Shown one piece after another: positions 27,765 through 41,500 of a stretch of DNA of 64,000 nucleotides. Under the pieces are notes generated by a model that worked only from the letters and a program-made list of their open reading frames with translations, was not told the DNA's origin and ran no database searches. The position numbers were made by a program, and so were the translations under genes. The number at the start of each line of letters is the position of its first letter. Positions within the stretch are counted from its first letter, which is position 1. The DNA comes from Nanobdellota archaeon (GTDB taxonomy: Archaea; Nanobdellota; Nanobdellia; Woesearchaeales; JAHJEM01): the NCBI GenBank assembly GCA_043825215.1, contig JBDRSD010000039.1:14302-78301 (forward strand), written 5' to 3'.

Positions 27765-27883
27765 GTTATGTATAATGATAGCGTAAATGGGTGTGCAGAA
27801 AAGTTATTGCCGTCGCTGATTCGAATCTCCAGCCAAAAGAACGGTCTCAGATGACAAGTAAGTGATACGAATCGGGTAGGGGA

Positions 27884-29188
27884 TTATCTTTCGTCGAGAA
27901 ATAGCGCATCGAGAAAGCGAGAAAACTCTTCCTTTGCACGTATTCCCTTTGCCTGTTCTGAGAGAAAAGGATCAAAGAGGGAAAGCCAGGGAAGAAAATG
28001 GTTCTCCTGCGCATTCACGTGATGTGAAAAGACAGTATCGTCGACAGATGAGAGCATCTCCTGCAGCTCACGAAGTGAGGCTATTGCCCTGCCGTCTGCG
28101 AGGATGAACGCCTTATCAGGCGGAAGCAGCTTGTCAAGGATTGTGGGAGCGGGAGGGCCTGCCAATCCAGCATTCTCAAGACCTTCATCAGAGAAACCTG
28201 CAGCAGGCATCACCTCTCCACCAGGATGTTGCCCTGGCAGGGATGCTATCGGCTGCTCAGGAATGCCTGCGATAAGTGGGCTTGCCGGAGGGGAGCTTGC
28301 CGGGAAAGGACGCATATCCCCTATCAGCGGATCAAGGGCTGTTTCTGCAGAGGCAGCCACTGCCCCGCCTGTTCTTGCCATCCTTTGCAGCCCTTTTTTC
28401 CCATTTTTTGCAAGAAGATCCTGCTTCTCAAACGCGCCATGCTTTGCCATCACCTGCTTCAGATCATCAATCATCTGCTCAATCTTCTCTTCCCGCTCAC
28501 GCAGGGTGTCCTGCAGGGCGCTCACTTCCTGGCTCACACGGATCCAATCGTCTTCCAATGACTTGAGCGAGTGGATCTTCTCCATGACATATGCATCATA
28601 ATCAGTCTTATCAAACACATAGGACTTGCCTTCCTTTTTTCTGCCATGATACTCCTTCATCTTGGCAAAGATGTCCTTTTCCAGAAGGTTCTTGACTTCC
28701 TGCTCTGACAGCTGCGTATCCTGCAAGAGGCGCTCGATCTTCTCAAAAAAGAGCGCGTTTGCAAGCAGCCCTGAAGGCAATGATGCAGTATCCTGGCCCG
28801 CGACAGAATGCGTGGCGGAAATATTGTTCTTCTGCACGTCTGCAATGATAGTATTGACGATCGAATTATAATCAACCTGTTTTTTCGGCGGGACTTTCAG
28901 CTCTGGAAAAGAAAGCTCTGGCTTTGATGCAGCAGATGCATCCCTGCCCGTCCTCAAGGCTGCGTCTGGTGGACTTCTCGCTTCTCCAGAAAACGCCTGG
29001 CTGATAGGGTGCTGTTTTTCCGACGGAGCTGTCACATGACCAGTTGCAGGAAACGGCCTGGACGTAGAGATTGCCTGCGGCAGTGCGTCAGTTTTCAAGG
29101 ATGGAAATGGAGGAGCCAACCCTCCCTGTTTCTTTTTGACCACTCCCTTGACTTTCTCTAGTATGCCTCTGATGATTTCACCCCGCAT
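27884..29188 (-). CDS. Cytoplasmic protein with a Pro-rich N-terminus and a central coiled coil, 434 aa (hypothetical)
   Basis: No TM segment. Heptad-like region LLEKDIFAKMKEYHGRKKEGKSYVFDKTDYDAYVMEKIHSLKSLEDDWIRVSQEVSALQDTLREREEKIEQMIDDLKQ. TATA 29206..29215 lies about 20 bp upstream of the ATG. Confidence 0.6.
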   Translation of the reverse strand: MRGEIIRGILEKVKGVVKKKQGGLAPPFPSLKTDALPQAISTSRPFPATGHVTAPSEKQHPISQAFSGEARSPPDAALRTGRDASAASKPELSFPELKVPPKKQVDYNSIVNTIIADVQKNNISATHSVAGQDTASLPSGLLANALFFEKIERLLQDTQLSEQEVKNLLEKDIFAKMKEYHGRKKEGKSYVFDKTDYDAYVMEKIHSLKSLEDDWIRVSQEVSALQDTLREREEKIEQMIDDLKQVMAKHGAFEKQDLLAKNGKKGLQRMARTGGAVAASAETALDPLIGDMRPFPASSPPASPLIAGIPEQPIASLPGQHPGGEVMPAAGFSDEGLENAGLAGPPAPTILDKLLPPDKAFILADGRAIASLRELQEMLSSVDDTVFSHHVNAQENHFLPWLSLFDPFLSEQAKGIRAKEEFSRFLDALFLDER

Positions 29189-29205
29189 TTTTCAGAAGTT
29201 CAGCT

Positions 29206-29215
29206 ATTTAAAAAT
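29206..29215 (-). promoter_or_regulatory. TATA-like TTTTTAAATA about 20-27 bp upstream of the ATG at 29188 (leaderless)
   Basis: ccgtaatatttttaaatagctgaacttctgaaaaATG on the minus strand. Confidence 0.5.
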
Positions 29216-29460
29216 ATTACGGTAAGGACAAAGGAAGCCAGAAAAATGTGTATAGAACATGCCAATAACCCTCTATATATAGTAATGGACAATCATATTC
29301 GGCACTTGCCAAGCCAAGACTTGCATCACCCACCCACACTATTTAAGTAATTAATTCATTTGTGTAATTTTTAAATACAGTATTATTCTAACTACAATCA
29401 GATATTGTTTAATATATTGTTCTATTTAATTAAATTGACTAATGGTTCGTCCTGCAACGT

Positions 29461-29515
29461 GGAAAAATAGGGAAAAAATTGCGCATTCGCCGGCCATCGG
29501 CCGGAGAATGCGCAA
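29461..29515 (-). terminator. GC-rich hairpin followed by a U-rich tract on the minus strand, downstream of the 4510-aa gene
   Basis: 17-bp stem with one mismatch and a 3-nt loop: TTGCGCATTCGCCGGCC / GGCCGGAGAATGCGCAA. On the minus strand it is followed by TTTTTTCCCTATTTTTCC. It lies 30-85 nt past the TAG stop at 29546. Confidence 0.6.
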
Positions 29516-29545
29516 GTGATGAAGCATGATTCCAATCATTCTGCG

Positions 29546-32500
29546 CTATGTCAACTCAACATAGATCGCGAACGCATCTGTTCCTGCCTTGTATGCCCGA
29601 AGGAGCGCGGGAACCTTGATCTCATAATCATACACCCCATACATGCCCGCTCCTCCAAGAGATAATTCTGTCACAAAGACCAAGTCCTCCTCATCCGAAT
29701 CATCATACTGGAGATTCACCGACGTGTCATCTGCAGTGTCCCACAGGATGCCAGACACGAATGCAGAGGTATTTGTCGAGTTGACTATGGGGACGTCAGA
29801 GATGTCTCCAGAGGAAAAATTGAATGCGCGTGTCGCGACCGGGACATCAGTGCCATTGCCCCAGACAAGTTTCACCGAATCATTGAAGCCCGCACTCGCA
29901 AGCCCGGCATCGATATCTGTGAAATCGTTTCCGACAGTCAGGTTGTTTGTGCTCCTTCCAATCGCCTGAAGACCAGAAAAGCTGAAACTGCTGTCAATAT
30001 CAGCAACAAAGAGGAAGCTATTTTCATTCACCGACGCATTCGTGAACCCAAGGAGCGAATCGTTGACGCCAAATCCGAGGATGATGTTTTTCGTCACATT
30101 GCCATAATAGAGCTGGTACAATGAGACGGACAAATTATAACTCGCATTGTTATTCTGCTCGTCAGTCTCATTCACCTCCTGCCCGGGATCGATCATGACC
30201 CATATCTCGTTCTTGCCCGGGATGAGTATATGGGACACGTTCACGACAGCCCATTCCCCTGATGCAAGGATGCCGACAGTCTGATTAGAATCGATGAGAG
30301 TCCCTCCTTGAGAAGGATTCCCAAGATAGAAGGACACATTGAACTCGCTTGTCGCGTTCGTCAATCCGGCATTGGAGATGTTTGCGAATATCGTGATGTT
30401 GTTGCCTTCGACAACCGACTCGTTTCCGAAGAAGATGTCGCTCGTGTCCATGGTGAAATCAGGTCCTGTGATGTTCAATGTGAAGTTAGCGGGAGCGAAT
30501 CCCCAGTTGCCGTCCGTGTCGCTGCAGTTCACGTTCCATGCGTAAACCCCGGAGACCATAAAGATGTCTGCGAACGTGTTGTTCGCCCCATTCACAGGAG
30601 AGGAATCGGTCTGGTTCTTGCTGAAACCGCCGTCTTTCCCGAGATACAATGCACAGGACAGCAGATTAATATCGTGTGGAGCATACGTGAAATTCACAAG
30701 GTCCTCCCCTTGCGCGTATAGGTCATGGGGAGAGACAAGGGTGATGTTCGGAGTGGTGGAATCAGGATTCAGGTTGAAAGCAGCATACCCTTTTCCCGTA
30801 TTAAAGCCTGAAGCCTGAGCAAAAGCCACTGCAGAATAATTCCCGACAGGCCACCCGAGCATCGAGAAGTTGGTGATGAGAGTCCCGTTCAGCGCGTCAG
30901 TCAGCCCCGCCTTCAGCCCGAGGAGAGTCTCCTGCGGCAATATGCCTGCTATCGGTTCATTCTCGATGAGAATCCTGATGCGGATATCATCTGTATCGAA
31001 TTGATAACCGCCATGGATGACAAACCTGTCGAATTGGACAACGCTCGGGTCTGTCCCCTGGAGGGAATCGAGGTAAGTGCGATCCGTATCATTATAGACA
31101 GTGATGTTGATCTGCGTGTTGTTCCACGTCTGCTCGATAACATACCAGGTGTTCAGGAAGAAATACGACGTAGCTGTCGTCGCGACATTTCCTGCGCTCG
31201 TTCCTCCTGAACGCTCTTCAATGCCGAATGTCCCAGAAGGGTTGACATCCGTTATCTGGAAGCCGTAGCCATTGAACCCGCTGTCAGATATCGCATATCT
31301 TGATTGTTCACCGCCAGCTTCATTCGGCCTGTTAAAGCGGTACAGCGCGACATATCCTGTGATGTTCTTCGTGAAGAGGGCGTATCCGCCGTTCGGATCG
31401 TTGTTGGTGTCCTTTCGGCCCACATAGCTTCCGCCAGCCAGCGCAAGCCCCACCTGCCCCAGGCTGTAATTGGTCCAGTCAGAGATATTCCCTTCCTCAA
31501 AATCCTCATAAAAGAAGTAGATATTGCTCTGATTTGCCGGCGGGCTTGTGACTGTGCCGTTCCCAAAATAGACGTAATACATGCTGGTATGATTATTTTC
31601 GCTTATGCCCTCCTGGAGCCTGAACCACAAGTCTGTCTGGGTTGTGTTGAATGCAGTCGTGTTGACCCGGTCGAGCTCTATGTTTGTCTGGTTGGACTCG
31701 TTGAAAAACACGATCCGAATGTCATCGCCATCAGGCTGCATCTCCGGATTGGTCGTGTTGAGCGCGATAAGCACAGTATACCCCTCCTCGAGTATGCTCG
31801 CGTTGTTGTTCGTGATGTTTATGGGGAAGCGGTAGGGATAGCTGGCATTCCACCAGGGGACTTGAGTAATGCTGTTGTTCGTAAAGATCACGCTCACTGT
31901 CGCATCGGACACGACCGGATTCCCATAGGTGTCATTCGCCATGACCCTCACGATGAGCGTATCTCCTCTCTCGTATTCTGGCAGGGATGTGTTGACGCTC
32001 ACGTTAAGGAAAGGGATGATGTTCACGACAAAATCCCGTATCCCGCTGGCACCAAGATTCCCAGGGATGTCGTAGCACCTCACCTGCCAGGAATAGCTTC
32101 CGTCTTCAAAGGGGACGGAGAACGTCTGGGTCGCATCCGTCATGATTTCCGTATCGGTCGTATTCAGCGAGCCATTGATGTAGAGGGAGCAATTGGTGAC
32201 TGCGCTTGCGTCTGCCACCTTGTACGAGAACGTGACAAGGGCTGTTCCGACTGTGCCGTTTGCCTCTGGGAAATACATCGTCAGGTTCGGGCCTGTCGTA
32301 TCGTTCACCTGAAGGAAGTGCGTGACCACCTGCCCGGTGTAATTCTGGGTTGTATTGAAGAACGCAGTGATGTTATAGGTCCCCGGATTTGAGAAAAAGG
32401 TTATGTTCTCAATGGGTGATGACCCGTTCTGGATCTCGGTGCCGTTCAAGTAGAGGTGCACAAATCCTCCCTGCGGCAGATTTGAAACCACAGTCATATT

Positions 32501-35500
32501 GACATCCTGATCCTCATTGGCCGTAAGGTTCCCTTCTGTCCCGTTGAGGTAGAGGCTGATGTTCGCCTGCGCACGATTGACAGTATAGGCGTAATTCGGG
32601 GTGCTGTTCGTGTGGCTTACTGTGTCGTTTGCGTACCAAGTATATATATAGGAGCCTGCGGAAAGCCCTTGAACCGTGAAAGAATAGATGCTGCCCGAGC
32701 CGGCCACGCTCTCATTCATCAAAGTCCCTGTGAAATTATGCTCGAGAAGGACGGCTGCGACGCCAAAGCTGTCAGTCCATGTGATGTTGAACTCGTAGAG
32801 CTGGGTTGCATTGAACGTCGCTGGTGATGCAGGAGAGGTCACATTGTTGGAATAGGCAGGAGCTGTCGTGTCCACTTTGACTGTCCGGTTGTAGTCGCCA
32901 TACTTCGTATTTCCTGCAGTGTCGTTGCACTTGATGTTCCAGAGATAATTCCCATCAGGAAGAAAAAGCGTGAAGTTGCTTGAGGCATTGCTTTGCGGCG
33001 CATCGGTCATATTCTCTGCGTAAACCCCTGAAAAATTTGCCAGGAGGGTGCACTGGTAAAGATGTGTATCATTTGCCACATAGGTGAAATTTACCATAGA
33101 GGATAATGAGAAGGTATCATTTGGCGGGCCGGCCACATCCAGGGAGGGATACGTCACATCGACCGTGAAATTTCTCCAGCCAGAGCTTCCCAGGTTGAAG
33201 TCTGTGCCATTGTCATAACAGGAGATGCTCCAATTATGGGTGCCCTCAGCAAGGCCTGCAACTGTGAAATTGTTCGCGATAAATGTCTCGACTGACGTAT
33301 TGGTCTGGTTAAGCAGGCCGTCTATGTGTATGCTGCAATTTGCGATGCCTGTCGCATCCTCTGGAGTGAAGTTGAAGTTGACATCCAGTGAGTTCTCGAA
33401 GCCATCCTGTCCAGGATGATGCAACGTGATGAGAGGCGGATCGTTATCGATGACAAGGACACTGAGATTGCTGATTTCAGACGAGTTCTCATTCCCAAGC
33501 GAGTCTGTGCAATTCACCATCCACGTGTGGTTGCCGTTCAGGACGAATCTCGTGAAGGTGAAGGGATCTCCCTCCTGGATTCCTGTCTTGGTCATTTCAA
33601 CAACGCCATCGATGATGAGCTTGCATGAGCTGATGTTCGCATAGGTATCATTCGCATTTGCCGTGAAGTTGATATTGTTGGTCGTGTTCTCGAGGGTATT
33701 GTTCGCGGGGCTTATAATCCCAATGGCGGGACCTGAGGTATCTGCAGTAAGTGTGTAGTTTCCTGACGCGAAGTTCGAATTGCCTGCAGTATCATTGCAC
33801 TGCGCATTCCAGTCAAATATTCCCTCCGGGACAGTAATGGTGAAGTTATTGACCGTGTTGTTCAGTATAGTCGTGTTGGTCGAATTCGCAAGGAACAGCC
33901 CTGAGAAATTCCCGTATAATGTACAGGAACTGAGGGTGTTGGTATCTGCAGGGGTATAGGTGAATGTGATTGAGGCATTATTGGTGATTGTCCTATGGGG
34001 TGGGCTGTTCAGGGTCACGGACGGGGCAATGGTGTCTATGATGTACTGGAACACGCTTATGGATGATGTGGAATTCCCATAGAGATTATAGGCGTTTACC
34101 CGCCAATAATACCGCGCATTCGCGTCAAGGGCATAGTCGACCTTGTAGGAGGTGTTTCCTATCGGGGATGTCTTGTAGGTATAGTCAGGGCTGCCGAAGA
34201 GAGGGTCCTTGTCCAGCTGGATCGTGTAGTTCAGGAAGTTCTTTCCTGAAGTCGCATCCCAGGTGAGGTTAGGGAGCAGGTTTTGGCTTTCAGACGCATT
34301 CACCGGCGATGAGAGATTGAACGAAGATAAGGGAGTCGCAACCGCCGTGAATGTCAGGTTGGTATAGGTGCTGTGGTTGGCCTGGCTGATGTTGTCCATG
34401 GCATAGATGTCCGTGACATTATACAATCCAAGCTGGTACGTGTCTGTCCATTCCGCCTGCCAAAGGCTTGACCTTGACTCGTGGCTTATCTCGATGACAA
34501 GGCCTGTCCAATTGATCTCGTCTATATTTGTCTCATCATAGTAATCCATGCCAGCCCCCCTGATCCTGACATCCCTGTTCGCCGACGTCAACCATGCCGT
34601 GAGGATTGCACTGTCTGTGGTTGTTGCAGAAAATGTCCCTGCTCCTGTTGCGCTGATGTTGCCTATTGTCACCCAGCCTCCCTGGTCGATGGTTGCGAGC
34701 GCCACCTCAAGGTCAGGATTGTCATTCCCGCTCATGAGCGAACCGCTTTTGTTATAGGAGGAGACGGTGACTTTCACGGTGATGTTGTTGATGCTGGCAA
34801 GGACTGTCGTGTCGATATCATCATAAGTTATCCAGGCTGTTGCGGCATCAGTCATGTTCTCGAAGATGACTGAGCTCGTATTAGGCCAGGTGATGATCCA
34901 GCAGTTGATCAACGATGGCTGGGTTGAGGATCTCGTCCTGAAATTTACCGCCCTGATGGTGCTGGTTGAGTCGAGCATGTACCCCCAGTAATCCCTCGTG
35001 TGGGCTGTGCCCCCTCCTGCTTCCATGGAATTGTCGCACGTGAGAAGGGTCCTGTTCAGGCTGCTGGCTGAAGGCGAGAACGCGCTTGTGATGTTCTGGT
35101 CAGTATATGCTGGACTTATGCGAAAGTGCTGGGTGGATGCCTGCGAGTCATTCTCGAAATTGGCCACGTATGCTGTCACCTGCGATTGCACTCCGGTAAG
35201 CCCGGTCTCTGCGACATAGAACTGGATGTTCGTGGCATTCGTGATGTTGTTGATGATCGCGTTCTGCCCAACGCCGTCATCTGCCTGGCGATGGTTATGG
35301 ATGGCAAATGAGATCGAGGTGTTCACCGGGCTCATGCTCACGTCCTGCGTGGCAGGCTCCGCGTCAGGCATGACCGTGAAAAGCTGCTGGACAACGCTTG
35401 CGTCCCTGAAGCACAAGACATCAGCGACAGTAGTTCCGGCAGCTGCAGGAGCTGTCTCAGGATCACGGTAAAAATCGATATTGTCGGCTGCCGTTATGTT

Positions 35501-38500
35501 GCTTTCCACCTCTGCCTCGGCGAAATCGTTGATATCATTAGAATTGATACTCGTCGACCGGTGCACATTCACGAGGCAGCTGTCGGCAAAGCCTGCCGGA
35601 AGGTCGGGGTCCGGATCAAATGTGGCGGCCGTCTGCCCTGATGCCCATGAGATCGTGAAGTTCCACGCCTGGATATTATCTGCCTGAAGTATGGAGTACG
35701 ATGCCAAAAGGTCTTCTTTTCCCGTGCTCGCATACCTTGTTGCCGTGAGCTGGTTGCAGACGTCTCCAGTGCAGTTCGCCCATTCGATATTCGCTGTAGC
35801 CCCGTCAGGCTCATTATTCGAATCATTGTTCGCCATGGCATACCGCCTGATGATGAATGCCTTGCTCCTGTTGTATGTGTTCTGGAGGGTGACTGTATCT
35901 GACAGGCTGGTGAGGATGATGAAACCAGTCTCAGCCCTCGCATTGGTGGAACCATACACCCGTGCGTACGCCTGCTGCTCGCCGCTCTCCCTGTCTGGCG
36001 TGTCATACGTGAGGTTCTCCAGAAGCTGAGTCAGGCTGGCATTCACTTTTGTCCCGTTCGGATACGTGAATGTGGCATTGACTGAGGAAACAGTGTCGTT
36101 TCCGAAAAGGTCGGTGACAGTCACATTAAGCATGACCGGATCGTTCCCCTCGATCAGCGAGGCATTGAACGTGGCATTCTCAACCACTGGAACATGGTTG
36201 ATCTCGCTTCCCATGATGACGGCTGCTGAATAGTTGAGGAGAATCTGTGCTGTCATATTGTACCAGTCAATACTCTCTGCAGTGTCCATGACCCTGAATT
36301 CGTGAATAGTTCCGATAAAATAGTTCCCCGCCTGGGTGGTACTGTCATGATAGTCCTTCGTGTCAGAACCGGTGTATGCGATGCCGCCGTTTCCTGTGTG
36401 GGCATTCATAAGTGCCGCTGCCACTCTCGCGTCCACTTGATTGCCGTTGACGATGAGAGAATAGTTTCCAGGATAACTGTAGGTCAGAACTGCATGATAG
36501 ACAGTATTTGCAGATATTGGCGTATTGATGTGGTCTCCTGCCCATCCCTGCGATTCGCTCCACCAGCGGGCATACAGCTGCCCTGCATCAATATAGAGCA
36601 TGACTCCGTTGGAAGCGCCCCCTTCTGCAAACAGGGTCTGCCTGGTTGTCACATCATTTCCAGTGGCAAAGAGGGCTTCATGGGTCCTCACGCTCCATTG
36701 TTGCTCCCAGTATGCCATGTCAGTCATATTCCACGCGCTCGTCCCGTCAAAGGAGCGCCCATAGCCAATGTACGTATTCTTGGCTCCTGGCGTCCCGATA
36801 TCTGAAACCCTGTCCAGGTTGTTTGCTGTGGAATCATTGCCGCTCGCATTCATGTGATAGACAATGCCAAAGTTGCTGTTCCACGTCCCTTCGGCGTCCT
36901 CTCCAGGGGAGGCAGCGGGGTTGTCATAGTACATTGCAATGACCTTCCCGTTGGCAGGTAGCATGTCGATCTCGACCCAGACCTCTGCCGCGATGGCTGT
37001 CTTGTATTCTATCTCGTAGTCCAGCGCTGATCCTCCATTGTCGCATGTCGTGTTCACGAAACGCAAGTCGCTGTAATCCGCGTTCATATTTGCAGTAGAA
37101 GAGACGTTGAGATAGACGGGAAAGTCGATGAGTGCCACCAATCCGTTGTTCTTTATTTCAATGTTCATGCACCTGCTCCAATTCTTGTTCCACCATTGGT
37201 CAAGACTGGTTATGGTGACCGTGTCTGGTGTAGAGAGTGCCTCATATCCCTGCGATGAGCCGTTGCACGTGACATTCCACGTGTATTCTCCCGTATAGAT
37301 GAATGATCTCGAAAACTCGTAGAGCTTGCTTGTGCTGTTATACGTCATGTTTATTGTTGAGCTGTCAACAGTAAGCATACAAGATATTCCTACACCGGTA
37401 ATCGGGACACTTGACGTCTTGTTTGAATAGTTCACGAAGAATCCTACCTGTTCAAGGACATATTTCGTCTGGGAGCCTTCTTCAGAGTCTGTACTGTCCC
37501 ATATGCCAAGATCAGCATTCGCTCCTGTCACATACGAAGAGAAAGAGGTCACGTTGAACGAGATGATGCCCCCTGCATACGTATTGATTGCGCATTGCAC
37601 TGGAAGGCAGGGGAGGCTGTCCTTGAGCACTACTGGCGTCTTGGTGTAGTCCAAGCCATATATGCTCAAGATGGCGGTCTTGTTGAGACGCGGCTCTTCG
37701 GAGCTGTTGACGCTGATGCTATTATTCGCTATCGTGATGACCGCCCCGAGATCAGCCCCGCCTGAGAGATTCACCGGCTCGGTAAAGAGTATGCGGCCGT
37801 ATGAGGGCATTTCTATTGTGAGATTCACGATATTCTCAGGGTCGACCCCTGACATGTTGGTTCCGTTTAGCCCACCGAACAATATCACATCAAGCACACG
37901 CTCTCCTGTCTCCTGCAGGTTGCCATAGACGTCGGCGCAACGAATCTTCCATTGAATCCTTGCTGGTTCATCCACGACATGGAAAAAGCTTTGGTTCTGT
38001 GCCTGATCTATTGTCACATTGGTCGCGTTTACCGTCGAATTGATGACAAGGCTGCAATTTCCGATTTCGCTCTCGTCAGAGACAGCATATCTGAAGCTGA
38101 TCATGCCATCAGCGTTTCCTGTGTTGTTCTGCGGCTCTGTCAGAGCAATAACAGGGGCTGCTGTCTCAATGACTGTGAGGTTTTGTGGAGTAGCATTGTA
38201 TGCGCTGTTTCCTGCAGGATCAGACACTGTCACATTCACGAACGTGAACGTGCCAACCGTATTCCCAACCTCCAGAACGAGGCCGTACACGCCATCGCCG
38301 AGGATGCCTGCGCATACAGAGGTATCATCAAGGAGGATGTTTTTTTCACTTCCATTTGAAAGATTGACATCCGCGGTGACAGAGGCGATGCCGTTCTCAT
38401 CTCCAATTCCAGACACATTAATGCAGACAGATTCATTCCTGTCCGCAGGACCCGACGTATTCAATTCCTTCTGTCCTATCGTAGGAGATGCCGTATCAAT

Positions 38501-41500
38501 ACTAATTTCCACGAGGACCGAATCATTAAAATTGTCCTCCCCGTCAGAGGCATTGAGAGATATATTGTATGTTCCATCCTCAAGAAGCACGGGATCATAG
38601 GTCAAGGACCAATACCCCTCTGAGGTATTTCCTGATGAGAGAGAAAGCACATCCTGATCAACAACATCACCTGTCCCATTCAACACGACAAACTTCGCGC
38701 TTGACACACCAGTACCTGAATCATTGATGCTCGCATTGACAAGAAATTCCCCATTATACAATCCGCTCATGTTCGGCGAGGCAACAGATACCTGCGGGGG
38801 AGAACCATCCTCAGACCAGGCAAATGCGACGCTGGTGAGGCTTATCACACGGGAGTCATTTGTCACAAACAAGGCATCATACACCATGCTTTGGCCAGCA
38901 ATAAATCCGGGACAGGATTTCATGTCAAGCCTCTGACCGTTCTGCGCTGTACAATACGATGCCCCGCCGTCCGCACTTACCTGTAAGCTGATGTTGTTTG
39001 CGCTGTCAGTTCCTGCCTCCTGCCAAGTTATATTCTTGAACACTGCGATCTCACCAGAAGCGTTGACTGCTCTGCTTATGAGATGGCCGGCATCCCCTGC
39101 CGCCCTGAATTCTTCAGATCCTAAGCTTATGGCAGGCTCTTTACCTAAGAACTCACGCACGGTCACATTATCATAATAGGCCTGGGTGCCATGCATCATC
39201 AGGCCGATGCCACCTGACGACCACGCTGTGTAATTGTACTCATGGGTAATGCCGTCAAAGATAGCCCGAATAGTGTCCTGGCCAGCATCATCGAACACCT
39301 TGATACGCAGGGGTGACCATACATCCCTGTTCACCGTGACATCCGTGTATTCCTGCGGACTGGTTGTATAACTGCCAGCGATCCATTGTCGAAACCAGAT
39401 GCTGTCATCAGGATCAACCCTATCATCAAGGATAGATGCATAATGGTCTGTCTCATTCTGCCACCTGAAGAGCACTCCTGCAAATCCACCTGTTGCTCCT
39501 CCGCTCAAGATGTTGATCATGACATCAACGGAGTAGTTCCCCCATGACGAATTCGAGTAGGATGCACGCATGTATGTTGCCAGGTTGTCGCTCTGATAAT
39601 ACGCGTTACTGTCGACCACCCATATGCCGTTATGCGCAATCCAGCCGTCTGCAGTGCCATCATCGAAATCCTCATAGAGGAGATAGACCTTGGAAGTATC
39701 GTTTGGCGGGCTCTGTGCTGATGGATTTGCGAGGTAGATATAATAGGATGCGTTTGTCACGCCCGCCTGAATCGGATTTCTAAGTCGGAACCTTACTTCT
39801 GTCGAGCCATTCGCACAGTCAAGAACAATCCTGTCCAGTTCAATGGATTGCTCTCCTTCCAATTCAACGATCCTCAGGTCATCACAGTCTGTCTGCAGCC
39901 TGGTCCTGTCGATGAGGTCTGTCGTGTTTATCGTAAAATTAATAGTATAGTCCCCCGAGATATCATCTGCATTCGTATTCGTGATGTTGACTTGCATACG
40001 ATACGAGTAGCTCGAGTTCCACCAGTCCTCCCTAATGCCACGGAAGCTCACATTTTGTGCCTGCCATGTTGTCCCATTCAACAATTGTATGCTCGATTCA
40101 TCTGCATAAGAATCACTAAAGGAGTGATTGAGATCAAGAGTGATTGACGACTGATCGTTTCCCACATTCCCAAAAGAATCATTGACATAGACGTCGAGTA
40201 TATAACCCCCCTCTGCCAGGTCAAGAAAATCCTGATACGAGGAACATGAACTACACAAGGTGACATTTTCTCCGCCATCAACAGCATACCACGCCTCCTC
40301 CACAGTCTCGCCAAAGGTCACATTCAAGAGAGGTGTCGGATCAGAGATGTTTCCTACAGGAGAAAGTATTGATACACTCGGAGGAGTCACATCAACAGTG
40401 AATGAGTAATTAATAGGATATGTCCCGCTAAAGTCAGTCTCATCATAGGCAAGGCAGTTCCACTGCCAGGTCCCGTCAGGAATATTCTTTGAGAAGTTCG
40501 TCGAATTCGACAGGCCGCCAAGAGGCACTGTTTCATTTGCATGCCAGCCATTCCAATCCCCATACAAGGTGATATTGACCAAGGGGTCATTCGAGCTTGC
40601 GCTGCAATTGAAATCAATAAGAGACGTTGTCTGAGTTGCTCCATTTTCAGGAGCGTCCAGATTGACGACGAGAACATTGGCCTGCTCATCAGACACGTTC
40701 GCACCAGGCTCACTTGTCGTAAACAATCGCACGGCAACATCATCCCACCAGCCATTCCTGTACGCGCCAACCCCATAATAGCCAGTGGTGTACGTCGCAT
40801 CAGTTGCTGTGAGGTTGCCCCAGGGAACCATGCTTGCATTCCACACCTCCATCCTCATGAAGCTGTCTGCCTGCCATGTGAACTTGATATAATACCACTT
40901 GAACTTTTCGACAGTATTCGCTGTTGATGAGGCGATCACTGAGCCGCTGTTGAAATTCCTCCTTATTTGCATATCAGAACTGCTTCCTGTCCCTGATCGC
41001 CAATCAAGCACTGCCTGAAAACCATTTGCTTCGGTTGTCGATGACATCCCCAATTCAAGTCCTGGAAGGTCTGCAGTCGTACCATTCCCCTGAGAGAACA
41101 CCCATCCCTCGATGATCAATCCCCGCGCCATTGTCTCAGGCTTCACTGCCCGTTTATAGCCAGCATTGCCGTCTCCTTGCAGACCGTAGTTTCCATTCTT
41201 TTTGGCATTTGCAGTTATTGTCGCACCAACTGTGCCGTCCGTGAAATTATGCGTGAGGTCCTCAAAATCATCCCAGAGCCAATAGATGTTTGACTTGTTC
41301 TCAGGAGGCGCTGGCGCTGTCGGATTTCCATAATAGACAGTATAATTCGCATCCCATGACCATATCGGCAGCCTACTCTTGATGAAAAAAACAGTGTTCG
41401 TATCATTGCACGGCGTGATATTGATCCTGTCCAATTCCACATTCTTTGTCCCGTTGTACCAGGTGAACCGGACGTCAGAGCAATCGGTATTTACCTTACC

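Noticed and set aside
27818-27827. tRNA T-loop-like GATTCGAATC in the intergenic region upstream of the 434-aa gene, a possible integration target
   Set aside because: It is a simple 10-bp palindrome. No 5-bp T-stem, acceptor stem or CCA context can be drawn on either strand.
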